DNA from: Lama guanicoe | Taxonomy: Eukaryota | Direction of reading: 5' to 3' | DNA length: 64,000 nt | Assembly (NCBI GenBank): GCA_013239625.1 | Contig: MU053881.1 | Coordinates: 2,480,001-2,544,000, forward strand | Shown here: positions 12,395 to 24,885 of the stretch, one piece after another | Layout: every line of letters begins with the position of its first letter | Numbering within the stretch: the stretch's first letter is position 1 | Notes under the pieces: generated by a model | Seen by the model: the letters and a program-made list of their open reading frames with translations, nothing else | What the model was told of the DNA's origin: nothing | Databases searched by the model: none | Position numbers and translations under genes: made by a program

Positions 12395-14680
12395 TTATTT
12401 TTTCCATTTTTACAGCTTTATTGTATCATAATTGACTACAAAGAACTGCATATATTTAAAATATGTATTTTGATTAAGTTTGATACATGGATACACTCAT
12501 GAAACCATTACTATAATGAATACAATGAGCATATCCATCAACCCAAAAGTTTCCTCACGTCTTTAATCTGTTTCTCCCTATCCCCTCTCCCTAAGCAATA
12601 AGTGGTCTGCTCCCTGTGACTGTAGATTCATTTGCATCTTCTAGAGTTTTATATAATTGGAATCATACAGTGTGAATTTATTTTTGGTATGACTTGTTTT
12701 TAATTCAGCATGATTATTTTGAGATTCATCCATGTTGTTGCATCAATATGCATCAACCACGTTGTATCAATAGTTGATTATTTTTTAATACTGAGAAGTG
12801 TTCTATTGTATGGATGTGCTATCACATGGTAACCCATTGCTTGGATTTTGACAGTTGTTGGCTATTACAGATAAAGTTATTATGAACATTCACATACAAG
12901 TCTCTGGGTTGACACTTGCTTTCATTTCTCTCAACAAATACCTTGTAGTCGAATGGCTGAATTTTACAGTAGTTGTGTGTTTTAATATTTGAGAACCTGA
13001 CAAATCATTATCCAATATAAAGTGTATCGATTTATATATTCACCAACAGTGTATGAAAGTTTCAGTTGCTCCACACCCTCACCAACCCTTGACATGGTCA
13101 GTGTTTTTAATGTTAGTCATTCTAGTGGGTGTGGGTAGAACCTTATTGTGGTTTTAATTCGAAATTCCCTAATAACTAATGCTGTTCAACATCTTTTCAT
13201 GTGCTTATTTGACAACCATGTATCTTCTATGATGAAGCGTCTGAATAAACATTTTGTCCATTTAAAAAATTGGGTTATCTTCTTATGATTGACTGGTAAT
13301 AGCTTTTATTATGCTCTAAATACAAGTCCTTTGTTAGATCTATGTTTTGCAAATATTTTCTCCTAGTCTGTGGATTGCCTTTTAATGTCCTTAATGCTGT
13401 CTTTTCCTCCCACTTTTAACAGCTTTATTAAAGTATAATTTACGTATCATACAATTCACCCATTGTAAGTGCACAGATCAACAATTTTTAGTAAAAAACT
13501 AAACTATTACCATAATCCAGTTTTAGAACATTTTCATCATCCCCCAAAGTTACCCTGTGCCTCTTTATAGTCTTTCCTTATTCCCAAAGCAGGCCTCAGA
13601 CAATCACTAAAATGTTTACTATATCTATGATTTTTTGCCTTTTCTAGAAATTTTACATAAATAAAAACACACAATATGTATTCTTTTCTGTCTGGCTTAT
13701 TTTATTTGGTAAAATGTTTTTGAGGTTCATCTATCTTGTTGTATATATCAGTAACTCATTTCCTTTTATTGCTGAGTGGTATTCCATTGTATGAATTCAT
13801 CATTTGATGGACATTTGGATTGTTTCCAATATTTGGCTATTACAAATAATGCTGCTGTATGATTATTCATGATGCAAATGTTTGTGTGGACATAGCTTTC
13901 CTTCAAGGAGTAGAATTGCTGGATCGTATGGCAAGTGTATATTTAACTTTTTAAGATACTGACAAAAGAATAGTGTCTTTTAAAGAGTAAACATTTTAAA
14001 TCTTATGAAATCCAATCTATAGATTTTTTTATAATTCATGATATTTTGTGACATATTTAAGAAATCTTTACAAAACCCAAATCACAAATATTGTCTTCTA
14101 GAATCTTTATAGTTTAAGTTTTTACATTTAGATCTATGATCCATTTCAAGTTAATTTCTAAATATGGTGTGAGGTAAGGGTCAAGGTTTGTTTTGTTTGT
14201 TTGTTTTTGCATACGGTTATACAAGTGTTCCAGCACCACTTGTTGAAAAAAATATTTATTCTTCATTAATTGCCTTGGTATCTTTGTGAAAATCAACCAG
14301 CATGTTCTCCCACTGGACCCACATTTTGCTCCATTGGTCTATCTTTGCACCCAAACTATGCTACCTTGACTGTTAAAGCTTTATAATGTTTTAAAATAAG
14401 GTAGTGTAAATTCCCCAACTTACTCTTCTTTCTCAAAATGTTTTGGGCTGTTCTAGATCCTTTGTATTTCCATATAAATTTTAGAGTCAACTTCTCAAGT
14501 TCTACAAAAAAAAAATCTTGCATTAAATTTATAGATCAATTTGGGGAGAATTGACATCTTAACTACATTGTGTTTTCTGATCCATGAACACAATTTATTT
14601 CCCTGTTTATTTATATCTCCTTTACTTTCTCTCAGCAATGTCTTGAGTTTTATATGTGCCAATCTTGCACCTCTTTTGTC
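12395..14680 (-). mobile_element. Antisense L1MB/L1MC-type 3' fragment with a second L1 3' end nested at ~13410-13965
   Basis: ORF2 remnants NLDPYLTPYLEINLKWIIDLNVK (14114-14296) and CSWIRKHNVVKMSILPKLIYKFNA (14495-14773); two separate ACAGCTTTATT 3' termini. Confidence 0.8.
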
Positions 14681-15945
14681 AGATTTGTCATCCTCCTTTA
14701 TCATTTTTAGGATTTCCACTTGATTGTTTTTTGATAGTTCCCAGTTCTGTATTGAATTTTTCCTTCTTGCCATCTAATTTGTTGACTATATTAATTACAA
14801 TTATTTTAAAGTCCGACCTTGATACCACGAATATCTGGATCCCTGTGGATATGTTTCTGATGTGTTGTTTTTCTCTTGATATTTGTCCTGTTATTGTATT
14901 TCTGCATTTATGCTTTTCATTGAATATCAGATATAATTGATGAACACGGAAAAGATAATTTGAAGCTCTGCATGTTATCTTCCTCCAAGGGGAATTTATT
15001 TTACTCTTGCCTAAGCTAGGAGCACCAGACATCTCAGCTTGCATTCATCCAATCAGGAGTTAAGATGACTTGAAACAGGCCTGCCATCCACAAGAGAGAA
15101 ATGGTTTAGCTCTGGGTGACTTACTCCTAGTGCACAGCCCTATGGGGTCTCAAATGAAAGCTTAGGCTGTTTACCAGGGTCCTTACTTCTTTTTTAAAAA
15201 AATTGTGGTGAAATACACATAACATAAAATTTACTGTCTTAATCATTTTTAAATATACAGTTCAGTGACATTAAGCACATCCACTTTGTTGTGTAATCAC
15301 ACCCTCCTTCCATCTTCAGAATGCTTCCCATCTTGTAAAACTGAAACTCTGTCCCCATTACACAATGATTCCCCATTTCCCCTGGCCCCCAGTGTCTGGC
15401 AGCCACCATTCTGCTTTCTGGCTCTATGAATTTGCCTACTCTAGGTCTCTCATGTAAGTGAAATCATACAGTGACTGCCTTAATTACTTCACTTAGCAGA
15501 ATGTACTCCAGTTTCATCCACGTGTCAGAGTTTCTTTCCGTTTTAAGGTTGAGTGACCCTCCATTGTACATTTACATTAACTTTCGTTTATTCACTCATC
15601 TGCTGATGGACACCTGAGTTGCTTCCACCTTTGCGCTATTGTGAATAATGCTGCGATGAACGTGGGTGTGCAAATAGGGTCCCTACTTCTCAAGAGACTC
15701 TGATCTCCAATTTTTGTCTCCCCAGCACCACGGATTTGCCAGACACTCTTCCCAGCTTCTCTTTAGAGGCTTTAGAGCTAGAAGATGCCTCCAGAAGTAG
15801 GGCACTGCCAGACATCAGGCTCCCCTCTCTGAGCCTCCCTTCTCTCTGGGATCTTGGAGCTCCAATATCTTCAAACTGTTGCTTTTGTAAAATTCCATCC
15901 AGTTTTTCTGATTATTCCCAGTACGAGCTAGTCCATCATAGCCAG
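14680..15945 (-). mobile_element. HAL1/L1ME-like ORF1 and 5' region
   Basis: IQIFVVSRSDFKIIVINIVNKL (ORF 14688-15044) resembles decayed ORF1 N-terminal region. Confidence 0.5.
15191..15675 (-). mobile_element. L1MB-like 3' end
   Basis: TSD AGGGTCC(T/C)TACTTCT at 15176-15190 and 15676-15690; CTGAAACTCTGTCCCCATTA motif. Confidence 0.88.
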
Positions 15946-18900
15946 AAGCAGATGTGTCAATATAATTTTAATTTACATCTATCTCTCTTACTTTGCACGA
16001 GATTGAGCATCTTTTCTGGTATTTAATGGTATTCTATGTTTTCTTTGAAATCCTTTCTCATTTTTCCTACTGGGTCTTTCTTCTTATTGATTTGTAGATA
16101 TTTGTCACATGTCTGAGAACTTGGGCTTTTGTTTTTGACTTAGAAAGAGTTTTCTAAGGCCAGTTCTAACTTATCGTATCGTTAAGTCACTTTCTCCTCT
16201 GGGACTTGGTTTCTTCACCTGTGAAATGGGTGAGAGGGCTGGACTGCATCACTTGGTCTCAATTTCCTTTTGATCCAGCCTCCATGGCTGAATTATCTCC
16301 TGTATAGATGAGACAAAAAATGCGGGTTTGGGAATTATTGAGACAAAAAAAATCCGTCCCGCATCCCACCTCCACATTCTGCTGTAAGTATGAATGGTAC
16401 CCCGCTCTGTGGCTTCAGAAACATCCATCACTGTAACAGGGGGTGGAAACGGGGAGCTCAGTGTCTCCATGCTTTTATACCCAGGACCGCAGCAATAGAG
16501 AGCAAAGCCACACTTCCCAAACTTCAATCATTTTCATGTGCTTTGCTGTATTCAGATACCACATGTGCTATTATTTATATATATGTTTGCAGTAAATTGA
16601 ATCACCTGTTTTAAATCTAAATACCTTTAGCATCATCCTGAAAATAATTTGTGTGAAGTCACAGGTTTGCTGTGCTAAGATTTTTTTTCTCTGATAAAGA
16701 TGAAGGCAAACCAGTAGCAATGATAAGTTTAGATGTTTCTGGCATATCCCCTCTATCCTTCACGAGCCCCTCCTTTGCGGGCAGCCCCCCACTAGGATCC
16801 CTGGTCCGGTGGCCAAGCACGCCTTGTGCAGTCAGAACACCCAGAGCCTCCACCCACGAGCTGGGCAAACTTGCCCGAGCATCATTCAAATGTTACTCAT
16901 TATTACCGAGAAATTGCCAACTGATCGCCGCACACAGAAGCAGAGTCCTTCCTGCTTTGTGGCTGTGGGTTGTTTTGGTGCCAAAGTGCCTGCAGCCTTT
17001 GATGAAAGGTGGCCTAAGACGGCCCCCTAGATGGAAGGCAACTAGCCGCAGCTGCCCCCTGAGGTCTCCAGAATTTTTTTTCCTTTCAGAGGCTGTGCTC
17101 TTGCGATGCAGAACCTTTCTCTTTCTTCTTCTGAGGTCGGTTATTGCTTTTAGCCCAGAGCCATCGCGAGCCTCAGAGACCAAAGATACAGCAGGAGCCC
17201 TAAAATAAATTATAAAGTCCGAAATGGAAGGCACTTCAAGTGAGCTCTGGGTGAAAAATAGGAAACACTTTAGAGCTGTTTTCATAAAAGAAACCACCAG
17301 ACCAGTATATCATGGGGTCTTTTTACTTGTGGCGTCTGAATGGGTTTAATTCTGATTTTTGACATGACCAGCGCAATGCATACATTTAAGCAGCTGCATC
17401 AGCTCTGGGCCAGTGGTAATTAACCGACCACGTACCGTCTATTTGGGATCGGATTTTCTCTTCTTCAGCAAATATTAACGAAGACCTGAGAAGCACCTGC
17501 TCTCTGCCAGGAGCTGGCTTTCTGGTGGTGAGCCACACCATCCGTGGGGAGTTTAGGGTCTGGTGGACAAGGCGAAAATCATCCCAGGAAATTTCAGGCA
17601 GAGACTCTGAGATCCTGGTGGGGTAGATTTGAAGACCTCTGGCCTGGGAGTTTCCAGGAAAGATTTGCTGGACCACAGGGCTCAGTGCTCGGTGCTGTCC
17701 TTTTCAGACCCTCTTCCTCCCCTGGTGAGCACCCTGGCCCTGGAATGACGCTCCAGCCCCATCAGGTGATTGACAGGCCGAGCCTCACCACAGGGCCAGG
17801 AACTTCAGAGCAACGTGAATGTGAATTAGTTGAGTTCCATGCATGGCTGTACCATCCCTCCTTTTCTGGATATGTAACTCTGGTACAGATGCCAAAGTTC
17901 AGAATCGAGTATTGGCCCCAGAGGGAGCCCATCTGTCTCCCTGGATGCATAGGGCAGGAGGGGGGTGCCGCGTTGTACAGCCAGGCCAGCTCTGTGGACG
18001 ACTGCAGACTTGCTCCCTCGTGACCTGAGGCAGGAAACGTCTTTCCTTTTATGCCTTTGTACCCCCTCGATGGCCCCCACCCTCCATTCTGGGGGATGGC
18101 CACTGTCACAGAGTGGGTTTTGATTCCTGGGGCTCAGATAAGCATCACTCCTATCCAGAGCACTGATGGGGAATGAGCCGACCACTGACCATGTGTGACC
18201 ACTGGCAACTGCACACTTGGCACGACTCAGGTGCCATGTGGCCACCTGGCAGTCCTCCTGGAGGAATGAAAAAGGAGGGGGTGTCGGGGTGAAAGGGAGG
18301 CATGGGAGGCTCCTCCAGCACAGGATCTCAACCCCTCCCACTTCCCTTCTCCCCCAGCCTCGGCCGACATGAAAACCCCCGTCCATCAGCACCTTTCTCT
18401 GCTGTCCCGGGGCCAGTGGTTTTTGAGCCTTTGCAGCCTGGGTGCCTGGTTCCGCAGCAAGTGACTCATGCGTGGCTGTGGAGGTTGGGAGAGGAAAGAC
18501 ATCCTCCGGGCAAGGAGAAGAAATTCGGTGAGCGCAGAGGTGGGTGAGTGGGAGATAAGCACACTGATCAAAACTTCAATGTGTGTGAGCTCATTCACCG
18601 AGCAACGTGCCAGGGCCCCACCGGTGAGTCAGGGATGAGTCCACTCCTCCGAGGAGAAGCGAGGGTTGCTGGGAAGCTCCAGAGAGGGGAAGCCCCTTGG
18701 CAGGGGCTCTTCTGACCTTGGCCGTGAGGGCCACCTCAACAGGAGTCTGGCTGGGAGCTGGAAGCAAGTGGCCAGGCAAGGGGTTTGTGAAGTGCTTTCC
18801 CCTCTGGGGGCTGGGGTGGCCTCCTCTTCGACCGGATCTGGAGAGGACAGGGTGGAGGCTGGACTCCACAGCAACTTGAACTTTGGGAGTAATTCAGGGG

Positions 18901-19509
18901 AGTGCTGGGGCTTATGCAAGTAAGACAGAATTATTGGGTGACTGTTGGGGCCTCCCCAAATCAGGAGGCTGATGAGCAGAAAGTGACATGAAGAGGCAGG
19001 AAGCCCAGCGGATGACTTCAAGTCTTGTCAGGGCGGCATCTCAGCCACCACAGTGCCAGAGCCACAGGCAGGCAGGACAGGCCCTCCTGCCGTCCCCACA
19101 GTCCCCGAGACACCTCAGGAGTCAGGGTCCCGGCAGCAGCCATGTGATGGGAAACCTGCATCTGGGGTGGGGGAGGGTAGACTTGGCACCTCTGCTTCTG
19201 CCCTAAGAGGTGGGTGCCTGAGTCACCCAGATGCAGAGCGGGAATTTGGGGTGATAGCCATGAAGAAGGTAGATTCAGGGCAGCCAGAAAGTGACAAATG
19301 GCCCCCACAGTCGGAGGGCTGCCTTCCTGTCTCTTGCATCTTCTTTGCTCCGTTCCCAGTTTCCCTTTAGCACATGTGAGTTGTAGCAGGCAAGCTGGGC
19401 TCCCAGTCAGAGGCCCCACCTACTTTGCCAGCTGCACTGGAGAGGAGAAAAGAGGGTTTGAGGAGAGAAGCTGCACACCCTGGGATGTGGGATAGTGGCC
19501 CCGCCCGTG

Positions 19510-20010
19510 TCCAGCATCCTGGGGTGACTACAGAGGACTGCCAAGGTCTGACTGGACAGGGACTATTCCTCCCTCTGTCATGGGCTCAGAGGGTGTGGCA
19601 GAGACCCCAGCCAATCTGTTCATCCCATGCCCCAGGCATAGTGTTTGGCCTGCAAAGGGGTATCTGGTCCAATTCTAGCCAATGACACTCAGGATCAGCC
19701 AGATCTTCCTTATGAAGTGACCCCAAAGGAATGGAAATGTGAGATGCAACAGCCAAATTGCCACCAGAGAGGGAAGTTCAGAGCTTCCGAGGGCCCCACC
19801 CAGAGCTGGAGATTGAAGCCAGGCCCTAAGGAGAGAGAGAGAGAGAGAGAGAGAGAAATTGGGTCCTAAAGACCCCAGAGAGTCCTTGATCCAGCTGTGC
19901 CTGAAGACCACACTGGAGTGCTCAGTTATGAGAGCCAAAACATTTCCTTTTTCGCATTAGCCAGTTTGGACTGGGTTTTCTATCACTCACAAGCAAAAAT
20001 GACCTGACCA
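19510..20010 (+). mobile_element. MLT1 (ERVL-MaLR) solo LTR, old subfamily
   Basis: CTTGATCCAGCTGTGCCTGAAG...AGCCAGTTTGGACTGGGTTTTCTATCACTCACAAGCAAAAATGACCTGAC 3' end. Confidence 0.75.
19832..19857. repeat. (GA)n microsatellite
   Basis: Direct read GAGAGAGA run. Confidence 0.95.
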
Positions 20011-21569
20011 AGGAAGACAGGGAGGTAGAATGAAGCAGGGAAAGATGCCCTCAGTGCCCCAAAGCCTCAAGTGAGAGGTAGGAGTGTGCATGTATGTGTG
20101 CAAAATTAAAAAAAAATTTCAGCTCTATTCAGCTGTGCTAAAGAAACCTAGGGAAGAATTTTATTCTGCTTAAGCTGGAGTTTTAGAGCAGGAAGTCTTA
20201 TCTCAGGAGATTCCCATGGTCATGGGGACAGAGCTGACAACACCTCCTCAAGGGGGATGTGAAATTTGGGACGAGGGGTCCCAGCCAGAGATTTTTGTCC
20301 TTGCTGTGCATCCCCACCTAGAGACCTTCCTTCTGCAGCTTTTCTGTTCTCTTTTAATAAGGGACCTGATTCTTTCCTCCGGTGTGTAATCTCATATTTT
20401 AAATGCAGCTTGACTCAGCTTTCAAAATCAACAGATAATACTATAAATACCTGGTATTCGTGCAGCTCTGTCACTGCGGATCCTCGCCCTCCCTCCACCC
20501 CTCCCCTTCCCGAGTCCCACCCGCCTCCTCAGCGCCAGGGCAGAGCCGTCATCGTCTGTGTTGACGGCTCGGCCTCCCTCTGCGGCCTCTGTCCCCTGTC
20601 CACTTGCCCTGATCGGTCAGAACCGTGGCGACGGCAGCCCCACACTTGCTCTCAGAATCGCCCTGAGCTGGGGCGTCCCCTCCGGTGTCCACGCAGCCCT
20701 CTGCACCCCACCTTCTACCTTGCCCGCCTCTGATGCCAGTTCACTCCCCGTTACCATCTTCTCCTTTCTGCAGACGGATATGCTCCCATCCTCCCCAAAC
20801 TCCCTGTCGCAGCCTGGTGGCCGAACCTTCCACCCTCTCCAGCCCTTGGTCCTTCAATCCTCTCTCTTTCAACCACGGAGAACCTTAGCCCACCCACATG
20901 AGCTCAGTTCCACCCACGGTACTCGGTGGAGCTGGGCACTCAGGCAGGAGGGCCTCTGGTCGCAGTGGATGCTGGAAGAATTGCGTTTACTGAACGTTGC
21001 ACCGCTTTGAGGGCACCGTCCCTCCCACTCGCCACGTCCCTGTGCACACAAACACTGTTCATTCACAAATCCCCACGCCCACACCCACAGGTGGCTCTTT
21101 GTGCGCACACCCGCCTGCTCCCTCCCGCCTCGACACCCCCCCCCAATGTTTCCCTTCCTGCAGATGCATCCACACACCCCTATCACAGGATGGGAGGAGG
21201 TTTTATCTTCTGCAAGAAGTTCCTCCCCTCAGTTGGGCAGGGTGGGGAAATCAAATGCAGGCTACTCGCAAGTCTGGTGTATCCTGCAGACAGCCTTCAG
21301 TTCCAGAGAAAGGCAGAAGTCGAGAGGGGAAGGAGGGGGCAGAGTAACGAGGGAGGGGTCCTGACCGCGGGTATGTGGTTGGTCTCCCTCGCCGTTCACC
21401 CGGCACCTGGCACCAGGACCTGGAAGTCCAGTGACACTTCCCAGTTTCTTTATGAACATGCTTGCAATGTTGGAAAACAGTTGATCAATGTTTATTTCCC
21501 TATCTTCAAATTTTATTTCCTGAGTTTGATTGAGAAAATTAGTATACATAATCATGCTTCCTATTTAGT

Positions 21570-21790
21570 TATTAGGTAAGTGCCCTTGTCAGATACTGCG
21601 CTAAAACACCACGTTTAGCGCAGCATCATTTAAATCGGCAGAGTTCTGTGGGCAGATGTTCCTATAACCCCTTATTCTACAGACGAGGATGCCGAGGCTC
21701 TAACTTGCTCACAGTCACACAGCGAATGAGGCAGAACGGCAGCTTGAGCTCAGGTCTGCCGACAATTCAGTCCTAATCTCAGCCACCAAG
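21570..21790 (-). mobile_element. MIR SINE
   Basis: ATTCTACAGACGAGGATGCCGAGGCTC...AACTTGCTCACAGTCACACAGC. Confidence 0.75.
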
Positions 21791-23779
21791 GTGTAGCGCC
21801 TTACGCTTTAGAAATTTCCATTAGATCTGAAAATCGCCACTTATTTTGCCAGAGCGGGTGGTTACAAAATAGCTGTTCTTTGAGAGAATAAAATTATCTT
21901 GTATGTATGTGTTAATACTTCGTTGTTCTGAGCCTTTCTTTTAAAACCCACTAAGTGTGAGCTTCCTGTGGCTAGAAATATATTTGATTCATCCTTCTAT
22001 CCCGGTATTCTGCATCACATCCCTTGGCACATAGGAGTCGCCCAGTCCGTGTCCAAAAGAAATGAGAGAAAACCGCATTCAGGGTTTTGTTCTAGGTGTT
22101 TGTCCCAAATCCGCTCTCCTTTGAGTCTGTGTTTCTCACATCTGTCCTGCACCAGCACACGTGCTTCCTACACACTGAAGTAGACAAACCATCCCTTGAA
22201 CACCTGACAATATGATGCAAAGGGGAAGAGTGTGCAGCCTGGACATGAGCCTGGGTTTGCATCGTGGCACAAATTTTCTTATCGGTAAGCTGGGGCTCGC
22301 CCTTACCTAGCAGGGTTGACGTGCGCGCTGAGGATGGAACAGACGAGACATCTAGCGCCGAGCCTGGCACCCAGCGGGCACTGCGGAAGAGCAGTCGTCC
22401 CCAGCCCCTTTCTTGCATATTTCCGCCGAGGCTGCCGGTTCCCCTTGGTAAAGCGGAGGCATGCCCCGAGCGCCCAGCACCTGTCAAGATGTTCTCATCT
22501 TCTTAAGCCGGTTCTGCTCAAGTCTCAGCTTTTTGTCATTTCCCAGAGATGGTTCCCCACACAGGAGAGCGCAGACTCCTATTCCTTGAAGTGACTTCCT
22601 AAACCCACTCCTTCCATCCCGGCCATGTGCCCATTTCCAATTTGTTCCTATCCTGGCCCTTGCCCTTGCCCACCCCACCCCCGCCCCCCAGGACCTGTGG
22701 AGATAGGCTAGACAATCAAAAACAGAATTCAGTCATACACACGGAAAAAAAAAAAGATTATGAAAATGAAAAGTAAATAAATATGGATGTTGAGGACCTA
22801 ATTCTGATAAGCGGATTTTCAAAATTAGCCATTTGCAAGAGTGGATTAAATGCATTTAATGTGGTGGGTGGAAGGAAGTCGATTAAGATGCACAGCAAAC
22901 CCCATTTCAGCAGATTCCGGGGAGAAGGCATCACAGGCCCCCTTTGCGGTGAGCTTTTTTGCCGGGATAAATGCTGAATGCCTTTTAAGAGCACTAATTT
23001 GCTGTTGTCGTGCTGGTAAACAGGCCTCCTGGAAGGGGCCACTCCGTTTTCTATACATGAGGTGGGCAGGCAGGACGCGGAGGGGACCTCTGAGGGCCAG
23101 CTCCGGGGGTATGAGGGGACCACTCTGTCTGCGGGGATGCGGGAACTCGCCAAGGACGAAAGAAAGACACTAGCTTCCCCATCACCTTCCCCAACCACGC
23201 GCCCCCCCACCCAGTCCTCTGCAGTGAGAATTCTGATCCCAGAATGCCTTGCAGCTCCTTCCATGGCAACAGTCGTCCTCCCTCCCAGCGCTGCCTCTGC
23301 CTCCTTCCCTCCTGCTCCCTCTCCCTGCAGCCCACTCCTGTCCCCAGAGCCAGGCCCCCAGAGGGGATTGGCACACCCCTCGGGCAGGTGGCCAGTCCGT
23401 CCATCCTCTAAGGAGGGGCAACCAGACATTCACCAGCACAGTCACAAAGCCCCACCAGGGCCAGGACCCCAAAATGACCAGGCCCTGTCCTTCCCGGGGG
23501 CACTGCATTCAAGGATCTCTGAAAAGAGCTCTGAAAAGCTCTGGGTGGGTTTCAGGTTTGAGGGAACAAAGGAAAGAAGGAATATTCTCTACTGTCACTT
23601 CGTGGCAGAGAAGAACAGAGAAGGCAGTGATCTAACCAAGCACATCCTGACATCTTCAAATGGGACCCCAGCGCCCAGACTTGGGAACAATGTTAAGTTC
23701 CTTATAGGATCTGAGGCCCCAAGCCACCATGTGCCCTTAACGTCTGAGCAGGACAGGCTGTCACAGAGTGAGGGAACAG

Positions 23780-24290
23780 AGAGCACTCAGTTTGCATCAG
23801 GCTGGCCCGAGCATTGACTTCCCTGACCCCACTCACTTCTCCTGGCTGGGACGAGCTTCCCATAGCACTTAGAATAAACCCACTGGCCCTGCAAGATCTG
23901 CCAGCTGCAAACCCCTCTGACCTCTCCCCGACTGCTCCTCCTTCGTGATGCTCCTGCCGTGTCAGCCGTCTTCGCTCCCCTGGCACTCCATACCCATTCC
24001 TGCCCCGGGGCCTTTGCACTTGCTGTTCTTGCTGCCTGTGAGGCTCAGCCACCATTTATGTCAGGCCAGTAACTTGGCATTCAGGTCTCCATTCAAATGC
24101 CAGCTCCCCAGGGAGGCAGCCCCCCACCTCCTGGCTGTCACTCTCTATTTGCATCCCCATTTTCTCGCCTTCACAACAGTTATCGTTATTTTCAGTCACT
24201 TTGTTTCACTGATTTGTTTGTGAGTTGATTATCCGCATCCTCACTTTGTGAACAAAGGGGCTTGCTTGTCTGGGAAGGCTGTGTTCCAGC
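23780..24290 (+). mobile_element. LINE-2 3' region
   Basis: GGGCCTTTGCACTTGCTGTTC, CATTCAGGTCTCCATTCAAATGCCAGCTCC. Confidence 0.8.
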
Positions 24291-24539
24291 ATGGAGAATG
24301 GACAGGCCCAGGATCATGCAGCCAGAAGTGGCGAAGCCAGGACTGGAAGCCTCGTGTGTCTGGCTCAGAGCCTTTCCCACCCTTGAGAAATCCCACCACC
24401 TAGGACCTGATGAGGATGGGGACAAGTCAGGGACAGGCTCTCATCTGCGGCAGCTCCCATCTGAGCTGCTCTCAGGAAGCCACAAGGCAAGATGCCTTCC
24501 ACCCCCTTGGAAGCTGGGCTCAGGGGAGGCTGAAGTGGA

Positions 24540-24650
24540 GGTGGGTTCTGCTTCCCTCCCATTTCACAGATGAGGCAGGGATGCAAAGTGCCCAGCCAAA
24601 CTCCCATGGCTTGTACGTGGCAAAGATGGGGCTCAAACCCAGGCAGTCTA
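24540..24650 (-). mobile_element. MIR fragment
   Basis: CCCATTTCACAGATGAGG...GGGCTCAAACCCAGGCAGTCT. Confidence 0.7.
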
Positions 24651-24717
24651 GGGGAGGGGAGGAGGAAGTTAAGGGGGGTTCTGTCCCTAGAAGCATGATG
24701 TCTCAGACTAGGGTCGT

Positions 24718-24885
24718 GAGTGGGTCTCAAACATTTGCAAGTAAGGGAATCTCTGGAGCTGTGGTTTGAAAGGTCAGTTTCATGGCCCTGCCCCAGTGAT
24801 TCTCTGGGGCCTTGGAGGTGGGGCCCTGGAACCTGCATGTTTAACAACCACCCCAGGTAGCTCTGACACAGGCACCACAGGGAAC
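24718..24885 (+). mobile_element. hAT-Charlie MITE (MER5-like)
   Basis: GGGCCCTGGAACCTGCATGTTTAACAACCACCCCAGGTAGCTCTGA. Confidence 0.75.

Noticed and set aside
23062..23817. 251-aa ORF and overlapping 223-aa antisense ORF
   Set aside because: Pro/Ser-rich low-complexity translation, no recognisable domain or exon structure; expected by chance in GC-rich DNA
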